NCBI GenBank assembly: GCA_011620275.1 | Contig: WOZK01000030.1 | Coordinates: 6,242 to 70,241 of the forward strand | DNA length: 64,000 nt | Source: Candidatus Omnitrophota bacterium | GTDB taxonomy: Bacteria; Omnitrophota; Gorgyraeia; Gygaellales; Profunditerraquicolaceae | Direction of reading: 5' to 3' | Part shown: positions 28,774 to 39,217 of the stretch, one piece after another | Position numbering within the stretch: the first letter of the stretch is position 1 | Layout of the letters: every line of letters starts with the position of its first letter | Position numbers and translations under genes: made by a program | The notes under the pieces: model-generated | Databases searched by the model: none | Told to the model about the DNA's origin: nothing | Seen by the model: only the letters and a program-made list of their open reading frames with translations

Positions 28774-29805
28774 TTATACAACCGAAACCTTCCTGCCGCC
28801 GGTGACGATCTCACCTATCTTCCAGCTCTTGATCCCCTGCCCAGAGAGGAATGCGCAGATGTCTCCGCAAGCCGCGGGTTCTGCTATAATTACCATGCCC
28901 ACGCCCATATTGAGCGTGCGGAACATCTCGCCGTCTTCCACATTACCCTTGTTCCGAATGAGCTTGAATATCTTCGGCACCGCCCAGGAATTCCTGTTTA
29001 TCCTGGCGTCAAGACCGGCGGGAAGGATCCTGGCGATCTTGTCGTAAAAGGCGCCGCCGGTGATATTGGCGATGCCGTGGACCGGCATACCGGCGTTCTT
29101 GGCCCTGGGATTGAATGAAGCGTCGTTCAACAAAGCCAGCACCGGCTTGACGTAGATACGCGTGGGTTTCAGAAGTTCCGCGTGCATTCTCTTCTGCTCC
29201 TGGAGAGAAAGCACCTTGCGCACCAGAGAGTAACCGTTGGAATGGAGTCCGCTCGACTCCAGGCCGATGACCGCATCGCCCGCTTTGATCGAGTTGCCGT
29301 CGATCAGCTTGTCCTTTTCTGCAACCCCTACACAGAAACCTGCCAGGTCATACTCTCCGCAGCGGTATATACCCGGCATCTGCGCGGTCTCGCCTCCGAT
29401 CAAGGAACAACCGGACTGTATGCACCCATCGTTGATACCCTTCACTATATCGTAAAGCGTCTCCGGCTCCAGGCTGCTGTAGGCGATGTAATCAAGAAAG
29501 AACAACGGCTCGGCGCCGGTGCAAAGGATATCGTTGACATTCATCGCCACCAGATCGATACCCACGGTGGCATGCCTGCCGGCAAGCACGGCAATCTTCA
29601 ATTTCGTTCCCACGCCGTCGGCTGAAGAAACCAGCACCGGCTCGCGGAATTTATCACTGCCGATGCGAAAAAGACTGCCGAAACCGCCGATGTCGGCGAT
29701 GACCTCCGGCCGGAAAGAACGCCGCACCAGCGTTTTTATCTTCCCCTTGAAAACCGACGCCTTATCTATATCCACGCCCGCCTGCTTATAAGTAACTTTT
29801 TTCAT
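28774..29805 (-). CDS. purM: Phosphoribosylformylglycinamidine cyclo-ligase
   Basis: AIR synthase motifs (SADGVGTKL). AAGGAGAG SD. Confidence 0.9.
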   Translation of the reverse strand: MKKVTYKQAGVDIDKASVFKGKIKTLVRRSFRPEVIADIGGFGSLFRIGSDKFREPVLVSSADGVGTKLKIAVLAGRHATVGIDLVAMNVNDILCTGAEPLFFLDYIAYSSLEPETLYDIVKGINDGCIQSGCSLIGGETAQMPGIYRCGEYDLAGFCVGVAEKDKLIDGNSIKAGDAVIGLESSGLHSNGYSLVRKVLSLQEQKRMHAELLKPTRIYVKPVLALLNDASFNPRAKNAGMPVHGIANITGGAFYDKIARILPAGLDARINRNSWAVPKIFKLIRNKGNVEDGEMFRTLNMGVGMVIIAEPAACGDICAFLSGQGIKSWKIGEIVTGGRKVSVV

Positions 29806-29814
29806 AAACCGGTT

Positions 29815-29870
29815 CTCTCCTTAAAAAATCTCTCCGGGCTTCAAGCCGGGGATTTCTGCGGTTTGATTAA
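29815..29870 (-). repeat. REP-like element, copy 3. The core overlaps the purF stop codon. Followed by a hairpin, U6 and the purM SD.
   Basis: Core AGCCGGGGATTTCTGCGGTTTGATTAA is identical to copy 2. The TAA stop of purF (29867-29869) lies inside the motif. Read on the minus strand: hairpin CCGGCUUGAAGCCCGG, then UUUUUU, then AAGGAGAG, then the purM AUG. Confidence 0.7.
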
Positions 29871-31309
29871 ACGCCGCCCTGCCCGCAGCAGTGCCTTTCG
29901 ATGGCTAATTTACCGGCCATTTTTTCCACCGGTAAAGGATACTTACCGCTCCAACAAGCAGTGCAGTAATAACCCGGGGGATTCCTCAAACACCCCAGCA
30001 TGCCGGAGAGGCTCAAATAACCGAGGGTATCCACTTCAAGGTATTTACGCACCTGGTCCAGCGACTGGTATTTATTGGCTATCAGTTCGCTGGGGTGGTT
30101 GAAATCTATGCCGTAGAAGCAGGGAAATTTGTGCGGAGGACAGGATATCATCATATGCACCTCCTTGACTCCGGCCTGGCGCAGGTTGCGCACGCGGATG
30201 CGGGAAGTGGTTCCCCTGACGATGGAATCGTCGACTATGACAACCTTTTTGCCGCGCAGAACGGTCTTGAGCAGGTTGAATTTCACCTTTACTCCCATCT
30301 CCCTGGAGTCCTGCGCCGGCTGTATGAACGTCCTGCCGACGTAATGATTCCTGATTATCCCCATCTCAAGCGGTATGCCGGAAGCGGAGGCATATCCCAT
30401 AGCGGCCGAGAACCCTGAATCCGGAACCGGGATCACCAGGTCGGCCTTGATCGGGTATTCCGCGGCGAGGCGCTCGCCGAGCTTTCTCCTTACCAGGTGC
30501 ACGTTATCGGAAAAAACCGTGGAATCCGGCCTGGAGAAATAAACATGCTCGAAAGTGCAAAAAGCGTATTTCTTGGTATGATGCAAATGCGACGGCCGCA
30601 CCGAACGGAAGCCGTTTTTATCGATGATGGCTATCTCCCCCGGTTCGAGTTCTCGCACGAACCTCGCCCCGATAAGATCGAAAGCGCAGGTCTCAGAGGC
30701 CAGGCACCAGGCGCCGCCGGCTTTCCCGAGGGACAACGGCCTGAAACCGAGCGGATCACGCACTCCGACCAGAGAATCATTGTTCATCAGCAACAACGAA
30801 TACGCTCCTTTTATCCTGCGCAGGGCGTAAACCAGGCTCTCGATGAAATCGCCGCTCTGCGCCCTCGCCATAAGCTGGATAATGATCTCGGAATCCGTAG
30901 TGGTCTGGAATATGGAACCGCGCCTTTCCAGGTATCTGCGCAGTTCGAGCGAGTTCACCAGGTTGCCGTTATGGGCGATGCAGACCGTGCCTTTGGCGTA
31001 ATCTATAAGCAACGGCTGAGCGTTCTTCAACACGCTGGAACCTGTGGTGGAATAACGCACGTGCCCCACCGCGCAGTTTCCTTTCAATTTATGGAACACA
31101 TCGGGGGTAAAGACGTCGCTCACCAACCCCATCCCTTTGTGCACAGAGAGACGGCCGTCGGACGCGGTCACTATGCCGCACGACTCCTGGCCCCGGTGCT
31201 GCAAGGCGTAAAGCCCCATATAAGTCAGCCAGGACGCCTGTTTATGCCCGAAAATACCGAACAGACCGCAGAACTCTTTCGGTGAATCGTCAAAGCAGTT
31301 TCCGCGCAT
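29867..31309 (-). CDS. purF: Amidophosphoribosyltransferase
   Basis: N-terminal CGLFGIFG (Ntn Cys). PRTase domain. Confidence 0.9.
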   Translation of the reverse strand: MRGNCFDDSPKEFCGLFGIFGHKQASWLTYMGLYALQHRGQESCGIVTASDGRLSVHKGMGLVSDVFTPDVFHKLKGNCAVGHVRYSTTGSSVLKNAQPLLIDYAKGTVCIAHNGNLVNSLELRRYLERRGSIFQTTTDSEIIIQLMARAQSGDFIESLVYALRRIKGAYSLLLMNNDSLVGVRDPLGFRPLSLGKAGGAWCLASETCAFDLIGARFVRELEPGEIAIIDKNGFRSVRPSHLHHTKKYAFCTFEHVYFSRPDSTVFSDNVHLVRRKLGERLAAEYPIKADLVIPVPDSGFSAAMGYASASGIPLEMGIIRNHYVGRTFIQPAQDSREMGVKVKFNLLKTVLRGKKVVIVDDSIVRGTTSRIRVRNLRQAGVKEVHMMISCPPHKFPCFYGIDFNHPSELIANKYQSLDQVRKYLEVDTLGYLSLSGMLGCLRNPPGYYCTACWSGKYPLPVEKMAGKLAIERHCCGQGGV

Positions 31310-32072
31310 AGCGCACTCCGTTCTTGAAGATTAATATGCCGTCCGGCTCCGCGGATTTGCGCCCCCTGCCACCGAACGGATGCTGAGACGATTGCACGTG
31401 CCGCTCCGGATGGGGCATCAATCCGAATATCCTGCCGGTGGCGTCGCAGATTCCGGCGATGTCCGCCTGCGAACCGTTGGGGTTGGCGGGATACACCGCC
31501 GCCGAACCGTCTTCATTGCAGTAAGTAACCACCGCCTGTCTTTTATCCAATATGCAGCGCAAAGATGCCGTGTCGGCGGTCATGAACTTCCCCTCCCCGT
31601 GGGCCACCGGCAGATAGATCACTCTCCCTATGCCTTCGGTCCAGACACAAACCGACTCGGGTATCCGCAGGTGAACCCAGCGCGCCTCGAACTTGCTTGA
31701 ATCATTGATCACCAGGCTGGCTTCCTGCTTCCACTGCGCGTTCCCCGGCAGCAGGCCGCTTTTCACCAGTATCTGAAAACCGTTGCAGATGCCGATGACC
31801 AGCTTTCCGGCGGAGATGAACCTCTCCACGCTCTCACGAAGTTTACAGCGCAGTTCGTTGGCCAGGACTTTGCCGGCGGCTATGTCGTCTCCGTAGGAAA
31901 AACCTCCGGGCAGGGCCAGGATATGATAATCATCCAGCTTGCGCCCGCCCGCCGCGAGGAGATTGACATGCACAAGCTCCGCCTGCGCCCCGGCGAGCCC
32001 GAATGCGAAAGCTGTCTCCGCGTCGCAATTCGTGCCGGCGGTTCTCAATATACATACTCTCGGTTTCTTCAT
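31290..32072 (-). CDS. purQ: Phosphoribosylformylglycinamidine synthase I (glutaminase subunit)
   Basis: GATase1 triad (GICNGFQ...HPE). Confidence 0.85.
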   Translation of the reverse strand: MKKPRVCILRTAGTNCDAETAFAFGLAGAQAELVHVNLLAAGGRKLDDYHILALPGGFSYGDDIAAGKVLANELRCKLRESVERFISAGKLVIGICNGFQILVKSGLLPGNAQWKQEASLVINDSSKFEARWVHLRIPESVCVWTEGIGRVIYLPVAHGEGKFMTADTASLRCILDKRQAVVTYCNEDGSAAVYPANPNGSQADIAGICDATGRIFGLMPHPERHVQSSQHPFGGRGRKSAEPDGILIFKNGVRYARKLL

Positions 32073-32087
32073 ACAGGTTTCCCGTTC

Positions 32088-32771
32088 CTATATCCCGCTA
32101 ACGGAACGCAGCCGCGCTCTTCTTCCGCGGCGGTAAAACTCCCGGATGACGCGCACCGCCTGGGCGGACGTATCCGCGACCTTGAATATCTCCAGTTCGC
32201 TTTTGTCCACGTTCCCTTTCGCCACCACCGTCTTTTTGAGCCAGTCCAGCATACCCTGCCAGTAGGCGCGCCCGAAAAGCACCACCGGAAATCTGGAAAT
32301 GCGCCCGGTCTGAATCAGGGTCACGGCTTCGAAGAATTCATCCATTGTTCCGTACCCGCCCGGCATGATCACGAAAGCGCTGGCGTATTTGACGAACATA
32401 ACCTTACGCACGAAAAAATAATGGAATTCCAGCAGGGTGTCGACGTAACGATTTGCCTTCTGTTCAGAGGGGATCTGAATGTTCAGGCCGATCGATTTAC
32501 CTTTGGCCCTGCGCGCCCCTTTATTGGCGGCCTCCATTATGCCGCCGCCGCTGCCGGTGATCACCGCGAATCCCGACTTAGCCAATAAATAAGCAGTCTC
32601 TTCCGCCAGTTTATAATACTTGTTCTGTGGGCTGGTCCGGCTGGAGCCAAAAATGGACACGGCTTTCTTAAGAGAGCTTAATATCTCGAACCCCTCGACG
32701 AACTCCGACATTATACGGAACACGCGCCAGGGATCTTCCTTCACAAAATTGTTGTCGACATCTCTCGCCAT
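32088..32771 (-). CDS. LOG family protein (cytokinin riboside 5'-monophosphate phosphoribohydrolase-like)
   Basis: PGGYGTMDE motif and Rossmann GSG. Embedded in the pur cluster. Confidence 0.75.
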   Translation of the reverse strand: MARDVDNNFVKEDPWRVFRIMSEFVEGFEILSSLKKAVSIFGSSRTSPQNKYYKLAEETAYLLAKSGFAVITGSGGGIMEAANKGARRAKGKSIGLNIQIPSEQKANRYVDTLLEFHYFFVRKVMFVKYASAFVIMPGGYGTMDEFFEAVTLIQTGRISRFPVVLFGRAYWQGMLDWLKKTVVAKGNVDKSELEIFKVADTSAQAVRVIREFYRRGRRARLRSVSGI

Positions 32772-32772
32772 T

Positions 32773-35685
<2,913 letters not shown>

Positions 35686-35783
35686 TTTAAGGAGTTATTT
35701 TATCCGCACGATATTACGGCGGGCAAGACTTCGCGGCTGTTCTATTTATACAAAATGGACCCGGCCTCTATAGGCAGGGATCA

Positions 35784-37085
35784 CTACCTCTTTTTTTCTA
35801 CCGTGCGTTTGAATATTCTGCCGACGTTGCGTAAATAATAATCCAGGTCAAAAATACGCTTGAGTTCCTCGCCGGAAAGATACGAAGCCACCTCCCGGTC
35901 GGCCAGAAGGTTATCCAGAAAAACGCCTCCCCCCTTCCAGGTGAGCATTGCGCACCTCTGCACCATATCGTAAGCCTTAGGCCGGGGCAGCCCCTTTTCC
36001 ATCAGCTCCAGCAGTACCCTTTGCGAGAAAATCAGCCCTCCGGTCCTCTCCAAGTTCTCCCTCATCCTTTCCGGAGAAACCTTCATACCTTCGACCACCG
36101 AAATGAATTTATGAAGCATATAATCCAGGACGATCGTCGAATCCGGTATGATCACCCTTTCATTCGAAGAATGGCTGATATCGCGTTCATGCCATAAAGC
36201 GATATTCTCCATGGCGACCTGGGCATTTCCGCGCAGAAGCCTGCTCAGCCCGCAGATACGCTCGCAGATAACCGGGTTGCGTTTATGCGGCATTGCGGAA
36301 GATCCCTTTTGCCCTTTGCCGAAAGGCTCTTCCGCCTCCAGCACTTCCGTCCTCTGCAGATGCCTGATCTCCATGGCGAACTTCTCCAGGCTGCCGCCGA
36401 TCAAAGCCAGTACGCAAAGGTAAGCGGCGTAAACGTCCCTCTGGATTATCTGCGTGGAGATGGAAGCCGGCTTCAGCCCCAACCTGCGGCAAACGAACAA
36501 CTCGACTGCCGGGTCTATGTTGGAGTAAGTCCCCACGGCGCCGGACAATTTGCCCTGCGCCGCCTCTGCGGCGGATGTTTTCAGACGTTCGATATTGCGC
36601 AATGTCTCTTCATACCAGACCGCCAGTTTCAACCCGAAAGTCAAAGGTTCGGCGTGCACGCCGTGCGTGCGGCCGATGCAAACCGTGCGCTTGTGGCGCA
36701 ATGCCAGGCGCTTTATGGAAGATAAGAGTCTCTCCAGGTCGCGCAACAATATCGCGGAAGCCGATTTCAACTGCACCCCGAGAGTAGTGTCCAGCAAGTC
36801 GGAAGAAGTCAGGCCGGCATGAAAATACTGCGCGTCCGGACCTATGGAAGCGGAAACGTTGGCCACGAAAGCAACGATATCGTGGTTCGTGCTTTCTTCT
36901 ATTCTCTTTATCTCGTCCACATCGAACCGCGCTTTTTTGCGCATTCTGGACGCGGCGGCAGCCGGTATCCTGCCCCGTCCGGCAAGCGCTTCGGCGGCGA
37001 GCAATTCTATTTCAAGCATGGTGCGGAACTTAAAGTCGTCCTTCCAGACGGCGGACATTTCAGGCAAACTGTATCGCTCTATCAT
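35784..37085 (-). CDS. purB: Adenylosuccinate lyase
   Basis: Start set at MIERYSLPEMSAVW (canonical PurB N-terminus). The ORF-track N-terminal extension is AT-rich promoter DNA. Fumarate-lyase signature GSSAMPHKRNP. Confidence 0.9.
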   Translation of the reverse strand: MIERYSLPEMSAVWKDDFKFRTMLEIELLAAEALAGRGRIPAAAASRMRKKARFDVDEIKRIEESTNHDIVAFVANVSASIGPDAQYFHAGLTSSDLLDTTLGVQLKSASAILLRDLERLLSSIKRLALRHKRTVCIGRTHGVHAEPLTFGLKLAVWYEETLRNIERLKTSAAEAAQGKLSGAVGTYSNIDPAVELFVCRRLGLKPASISTQIIQRDVYAAYLCVLALIGGSLEKFAMEIRHLQRTEVLEAEEPFGKGQKGSSAMPHKRNPVICERICGLSRLLRGNAQVAMENIALWHERDISHSSNERVIIPDSTIVLDYMLHKFISVVEGMKVSPERMRENLERTGGLIFSQRVLLELMEKGLPRPKAYDMVQRCAMLTWKGGGVFLDNLLADREVASYLSGEELKRIFDLDYYLRNVGRIFKRTVEKKR

Positions 37086-37142
37086 ATTCCCTCCAGAGAA
37101 TGTTATTATATCAGAAATACACCGCTTCGCAATAAAAAGTCC

Positions 37143-37170
37143 CATAAAACTATTGACAAAAAAATTTATA
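37143..37170 (+). promoter_or_regulatory. Sigma70-type promoter for cspA (TTGACA, 16-nt spacer, TATAGT)
   Basis: TTGACA at 37143-37148 and TATAGT at 37165-37170. The TSS would be ~37177, giving a ~120-nt leader as is typical for cold-shock genes. Confidence 0.5.
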
Positions 37171-37231
37171 ATGTTATAGTTATTTTGTAATTTATAAAAG
37201 TGAAGGAGAATTTTATTGCGTGATAATCGGA

Positions 37232-37278
37232 AAAACCCGTAAAGCAAGTAATGAGCTGAGCTTTACGGATTTTTTTTA
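37232..37278 (+). promoter_or_regulatory. Terminator-like hairpin plus U8 within the cspA 5' leader (candidate attenuator/thermosensor)
   Basis: CCGUAAAGC-(14-nt loop)-GCUUUACGG followed by AUUUUUUUU, then the AGGAGG SD and cspA ATG. Confidence 0.45.
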
Positions 37279-37298
37279 AAAGGAGGGGAAAAGCGGCA

Positions 37299-37511
37299 AT
37301 GGCAAAAGGCAAAGTAAAGTGGTTCAGCAATCAGAAGGGTTACGGATTCATCACCGGGGAAAACGGCAAAGACGTATTTGTCCACTACAGCGCGATCAAG
37401 GGCGACGGTTACAAGAGCCTTGAAGAGGGACAGGACGTTGAATTCGAAGTCACGCAGGGCCCAAAAGGCGAGCAGGCTTCCAACGTCACCAAAGCATCTC
37501 CTTCAGTATAA
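37299..37511 (+). CDS. cspA: Cold-shock protein CspA family
   Basis: [18 protein letters not shown]... RNP1/RNP2 motifs. 70 aa. Confidence 0.9.
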   Translation: MAKGKVKWFSNQKGYGFITGENGKDVFVHYSAIKGDGYKSLEEGQDVEFEVTQGPKGEQASNVTKASPSV

Positions 37512-37539
37512 TTTCTCTACATCCTATTGCTGTGCAGAG

Positions 37540-37574
37540 CCCCCTGCCGCGCAAGCGGCGGGGGGTTTTGTTTG
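37540..37574 (+). terminator. Rho-independent terminator of cspA
   Basis: CCCCCUGCCGC-GCAA-GCGGCGGGGGG followed by UUUUGUUUG. Confidence 0.85.
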
Positions 37575-37789
37575 CCCAAAACAATACCGGGTCTGCCTGC
37601 CCTTTTGCCTCAGCGGGAGTTTCTGCCAAAACTGTTCCCGCTATCAGACAATGAAACAAAACAAGAATGAATTTCCTGAAACTGCGAGGTGATTTCAAGG
37701 GAATCAGCGAAGCGACCTGCCAACGGGAGTATTCCATAGCCTCCCCCAAACAAAAAAAAGAGCCTCTTTCGGCTTTCTCTTATTCGAAA

Positions 37790-37851
37790 TGGTGCCGAGG
37801 GAGGGACACTAGCCCGCAGGGCGAAGGGCCCCGATCTCGGCAACTGTATTT
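37790..37851 (-). pseudogene. Partial tRNA-Phe-like copy C (acceptor/T-arm with encoded CCA)
   Basis: The reverse complement reads GCCGAGA...GGGCUAGUGUCCCUCCCUCGGCACCA. It shares both acceptor-stem strands with the intact tRNA-Phe at 38155-38226 but lacks the D and anticodon arms. Confidence 0.5.
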
Positions 37852-37950
37852 GCGAGAAATTCAACGGGAAAATTCATTTTTACGGGGGATTTCGAAGCAA
37901 ATACAGGCGATTGCCGCAGGCAATTGCGACCATTTCGATGTCCTTCCGAA

Positions 37951-37992
37951 ATGGTGCCGAGGGAGGGAATCGGTACCCCCCGTCGCTCTCTA
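37951..37992 (-). pseudogene. Partial tRNA-Phe 3' fragment B (D-arm remnant, T-arm, acceptor 3' strand, encoded CCA)
   Basis: The reverse complement reads GUAGAGAGCGACGGGGGGUACCGAUUCCCUCCCUCGGCACCA. Preceded by a perfect 12-bp hairpin (38000-38032). Confidence 0.5.
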
Positions 37993-38114
37993 CGTTCGCT
38001 CCTTAGGAAGGGGCAAGCCCCTTCCTAACGCCCCAAAACACGGGGCTGGTCTTCCCCAAACGTGGGGGAAATCTTCCCCCACACCCCTTTCGTGTGGGGG
38101 GTCCTCTGTTCCCA

Positions 38115-38150
38115 AATAAAAAATGAGCCTATCTTCAGACTCATTCTGTA
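38115..38150 (-). terminator. Rho-independent terminator downstream of tRNA-Phe
   Basis: Minus strand: GAAUGAG-(12-nt loop)-CUCAUUUUUUAUUU immediately 3' of the tRNA. Confidence 0.6.
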
Positions 38151-38154
38151 AAAG

Positions 38155-38226
38155 TGCCGAGGGAGGGAATCGGACCCCCCACGCCGGCCTTTTCAGGGCC
38201 GCGCTCTACCACTGAGCTACCTCGGC
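38155..38226 (-). tRNA. tRNA-Phe (anticodon GAA). CCA not encoded.
   Basis: The reverse complement folds as a cloverleaf: GCCGAGG-UA-GCUCAGUGGUAGAGC-G-CGGCC-CUGAAAA-GGCCG-GCGUG-GGGGGUCCGAUUCCCUC-CCUCGGC-A. Acceptor 7 bp, anticodon loop CUGAAAA, T-loop UCCGAUU. Confidence 0.85.
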
Positions 38227-38340
38227 ATCAACGTTTCATATATTGTGGAATTATAACATATTTCCCGTCCCAGGCAAGGGAAATCTCCACTCTCTACTCT
38301 ACGCGAATCTCAAGCTGAATTTTTTGTTTATAAATTTGTT

Positions 38341-38628
38341 CTATTTCTCTTCCTCTGAGTATGTATCGCGCAAGGTACCAAGCTTAGTATTCCCCTGTGC
38401 ATTTCCACCATCTGCATCAAGCACTTCAACAGCATATCCTGGATAAAGAGAATTAAATCTTCTAGTTTTCCATTCTTGAATTGTCATATCATTCTTGGCC
38501 ATATTAGAAAAATTATATGTCGTTAATATTACTTTTGCTCCGCTAACATTCCTGCCGTTTTGCATAAAAGCAACATCAAATCCCTCCACATCCCATATCC
38601 TTTTCTCAATATTCTTAACTTTTGGCAT
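38341..38628 (-). CDS. Hypothetical 95-aa protein in a low-GC (~38%) segment adjacent to tRNA-Phe
   Basis: Strong SD (AGGAGGAG) 6 nt before the ATG. Composition is clearly foreign relative to its neighbours. No motif recognised. Confidence 0.45.
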   Translation of the reverse strand: MPKVKNIEKRIWDVEGFDVAFMQNGRNVSGAKVILTTYNFSNMAKNDMTIQEWKTRRFNSLYPGYAVEVLDADGGNAQGNTKLGTLRDTYSEEEK

Positions 38629-38693
38629 GACTCCTCCTCTGTTTAAAGGTTAATCCAGGCAAGAAAAATTTAACCGGCGGTGGATAGACAGAT

Positions 38694-39116
38694 TCATTTC
38701 TCGGACAGACGCGCCCCTTCGGCGATGATCTTGCTGAAAACTTCCTTGGCCATATCTATCCTTGGCTCCCCTTCGTTCTTAACGGTTATGCGCAAACGGT
38801 TGATCTTCCTGGTCATGCGGATTATGCGGATATCCATAATAGTCGAGAGAACGTCAAGCTGTAAATAACCCCTTGCCCTGCTTTCCTGCCTGATCACCCC
38901 CTTGATACGGCTAACCATATAAACGGCATCCCAAAGGTCCCGGTAGAAAATATCCGTATCTCCCTGTATGGTATTCCTGCCGACCATCTTGCCGGAAGTC
39001 ATTAACGTTTGTGACTTTGACGTCCAGAAAAAAGGGGTGCAGCCCTGCAGCGACTGCATCATCAAAACCGCCGCCAACATTAAGACTGCCGCCATTCCCG
39101 CTGTTTTTCTCATCAT
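38694..39116 (-). CDS. Hypothetical lipoprotein
   Basis: Start at MMRKTAGMAAVLMLAAVLMMQSLQGC (lipobox LQGC). The ORF-track upstream extension is rejected. Confidence 0.4.
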   Translation of the reverse strand: MMRKTAGMAAVLMLAAVLMMQSLQGCTPFFWTSKSQTLMTSGKMVGRNTIQGDTDIFYRDLWDAVYMVSRIKGVIRQESRARGYLQLDVLSTIMDIRIIRMTRKINRLRITVKNEGEPRIDMAKEVFSKIIAEGARLSEK

Positions 39117-39217
39117 TTCAGCTCTTTCCTGGAGAATATCTTGACGAAACAGAAGATATTCAACGCTATTATACCAAACCAGAATATAATGAAAAATACC
39201 CACCCGCCGGCCGTCAT
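39113..39217 (-). CDS. Putative 34-aa single-TM peptide downstream of the NSS transporter
   Basis: MTAGGWVFFIIFWFGIIALNIFCFVKIFSRKELK. Overlaps the NSS stop by 4 nt. Small TM partners are common with NSS/SSS transporters. Speculative. Confidence 0.2.
   Translation of the reverse strand: MTAGGWVFFIIFWFGIIALNIFCFVKIFSRKELK

Noticed and set aside
7526-29870. Integron attC sites as an explanation for the stop-codon-overlapping repeats
   Set aside because: There is no GTTRRRY core / RYYYAAC inverse-core pair. The elements are only ~40 nt. No intI gene and no cassette-like gene organisation.
35686-35783. Purine or ZTP riboswitch upstream of purSSL or purB
   Set aside because: Neither leader shows the conserved purine-riboswitch (UAUA...CCGUAAAUGUC) or ZTP (GGGUC...CCGGGCGGA) motifs. 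They carry only a plain SD.
35784-37247. 54-aa N-terminal extension of purB (MLYGFFRLSR...)
   Set aside because: The extension is translated from AT-rich promoter DNA shared with the divergent cspA. The canonical PurB N-terminus begins at MIERY, which has a GGAGGG SD upstream.
37580-38230. Possible CRISPR array suggested by repeated GTGCCGAGGGAGGGAATCGG units
   Set aside because: There are only three copies with irregular spacing (~160 and ~200 bp). The repeats are tRNA-Phe-derived (acceptor/T-arm) and one is the intact tRNA. No cas genes.
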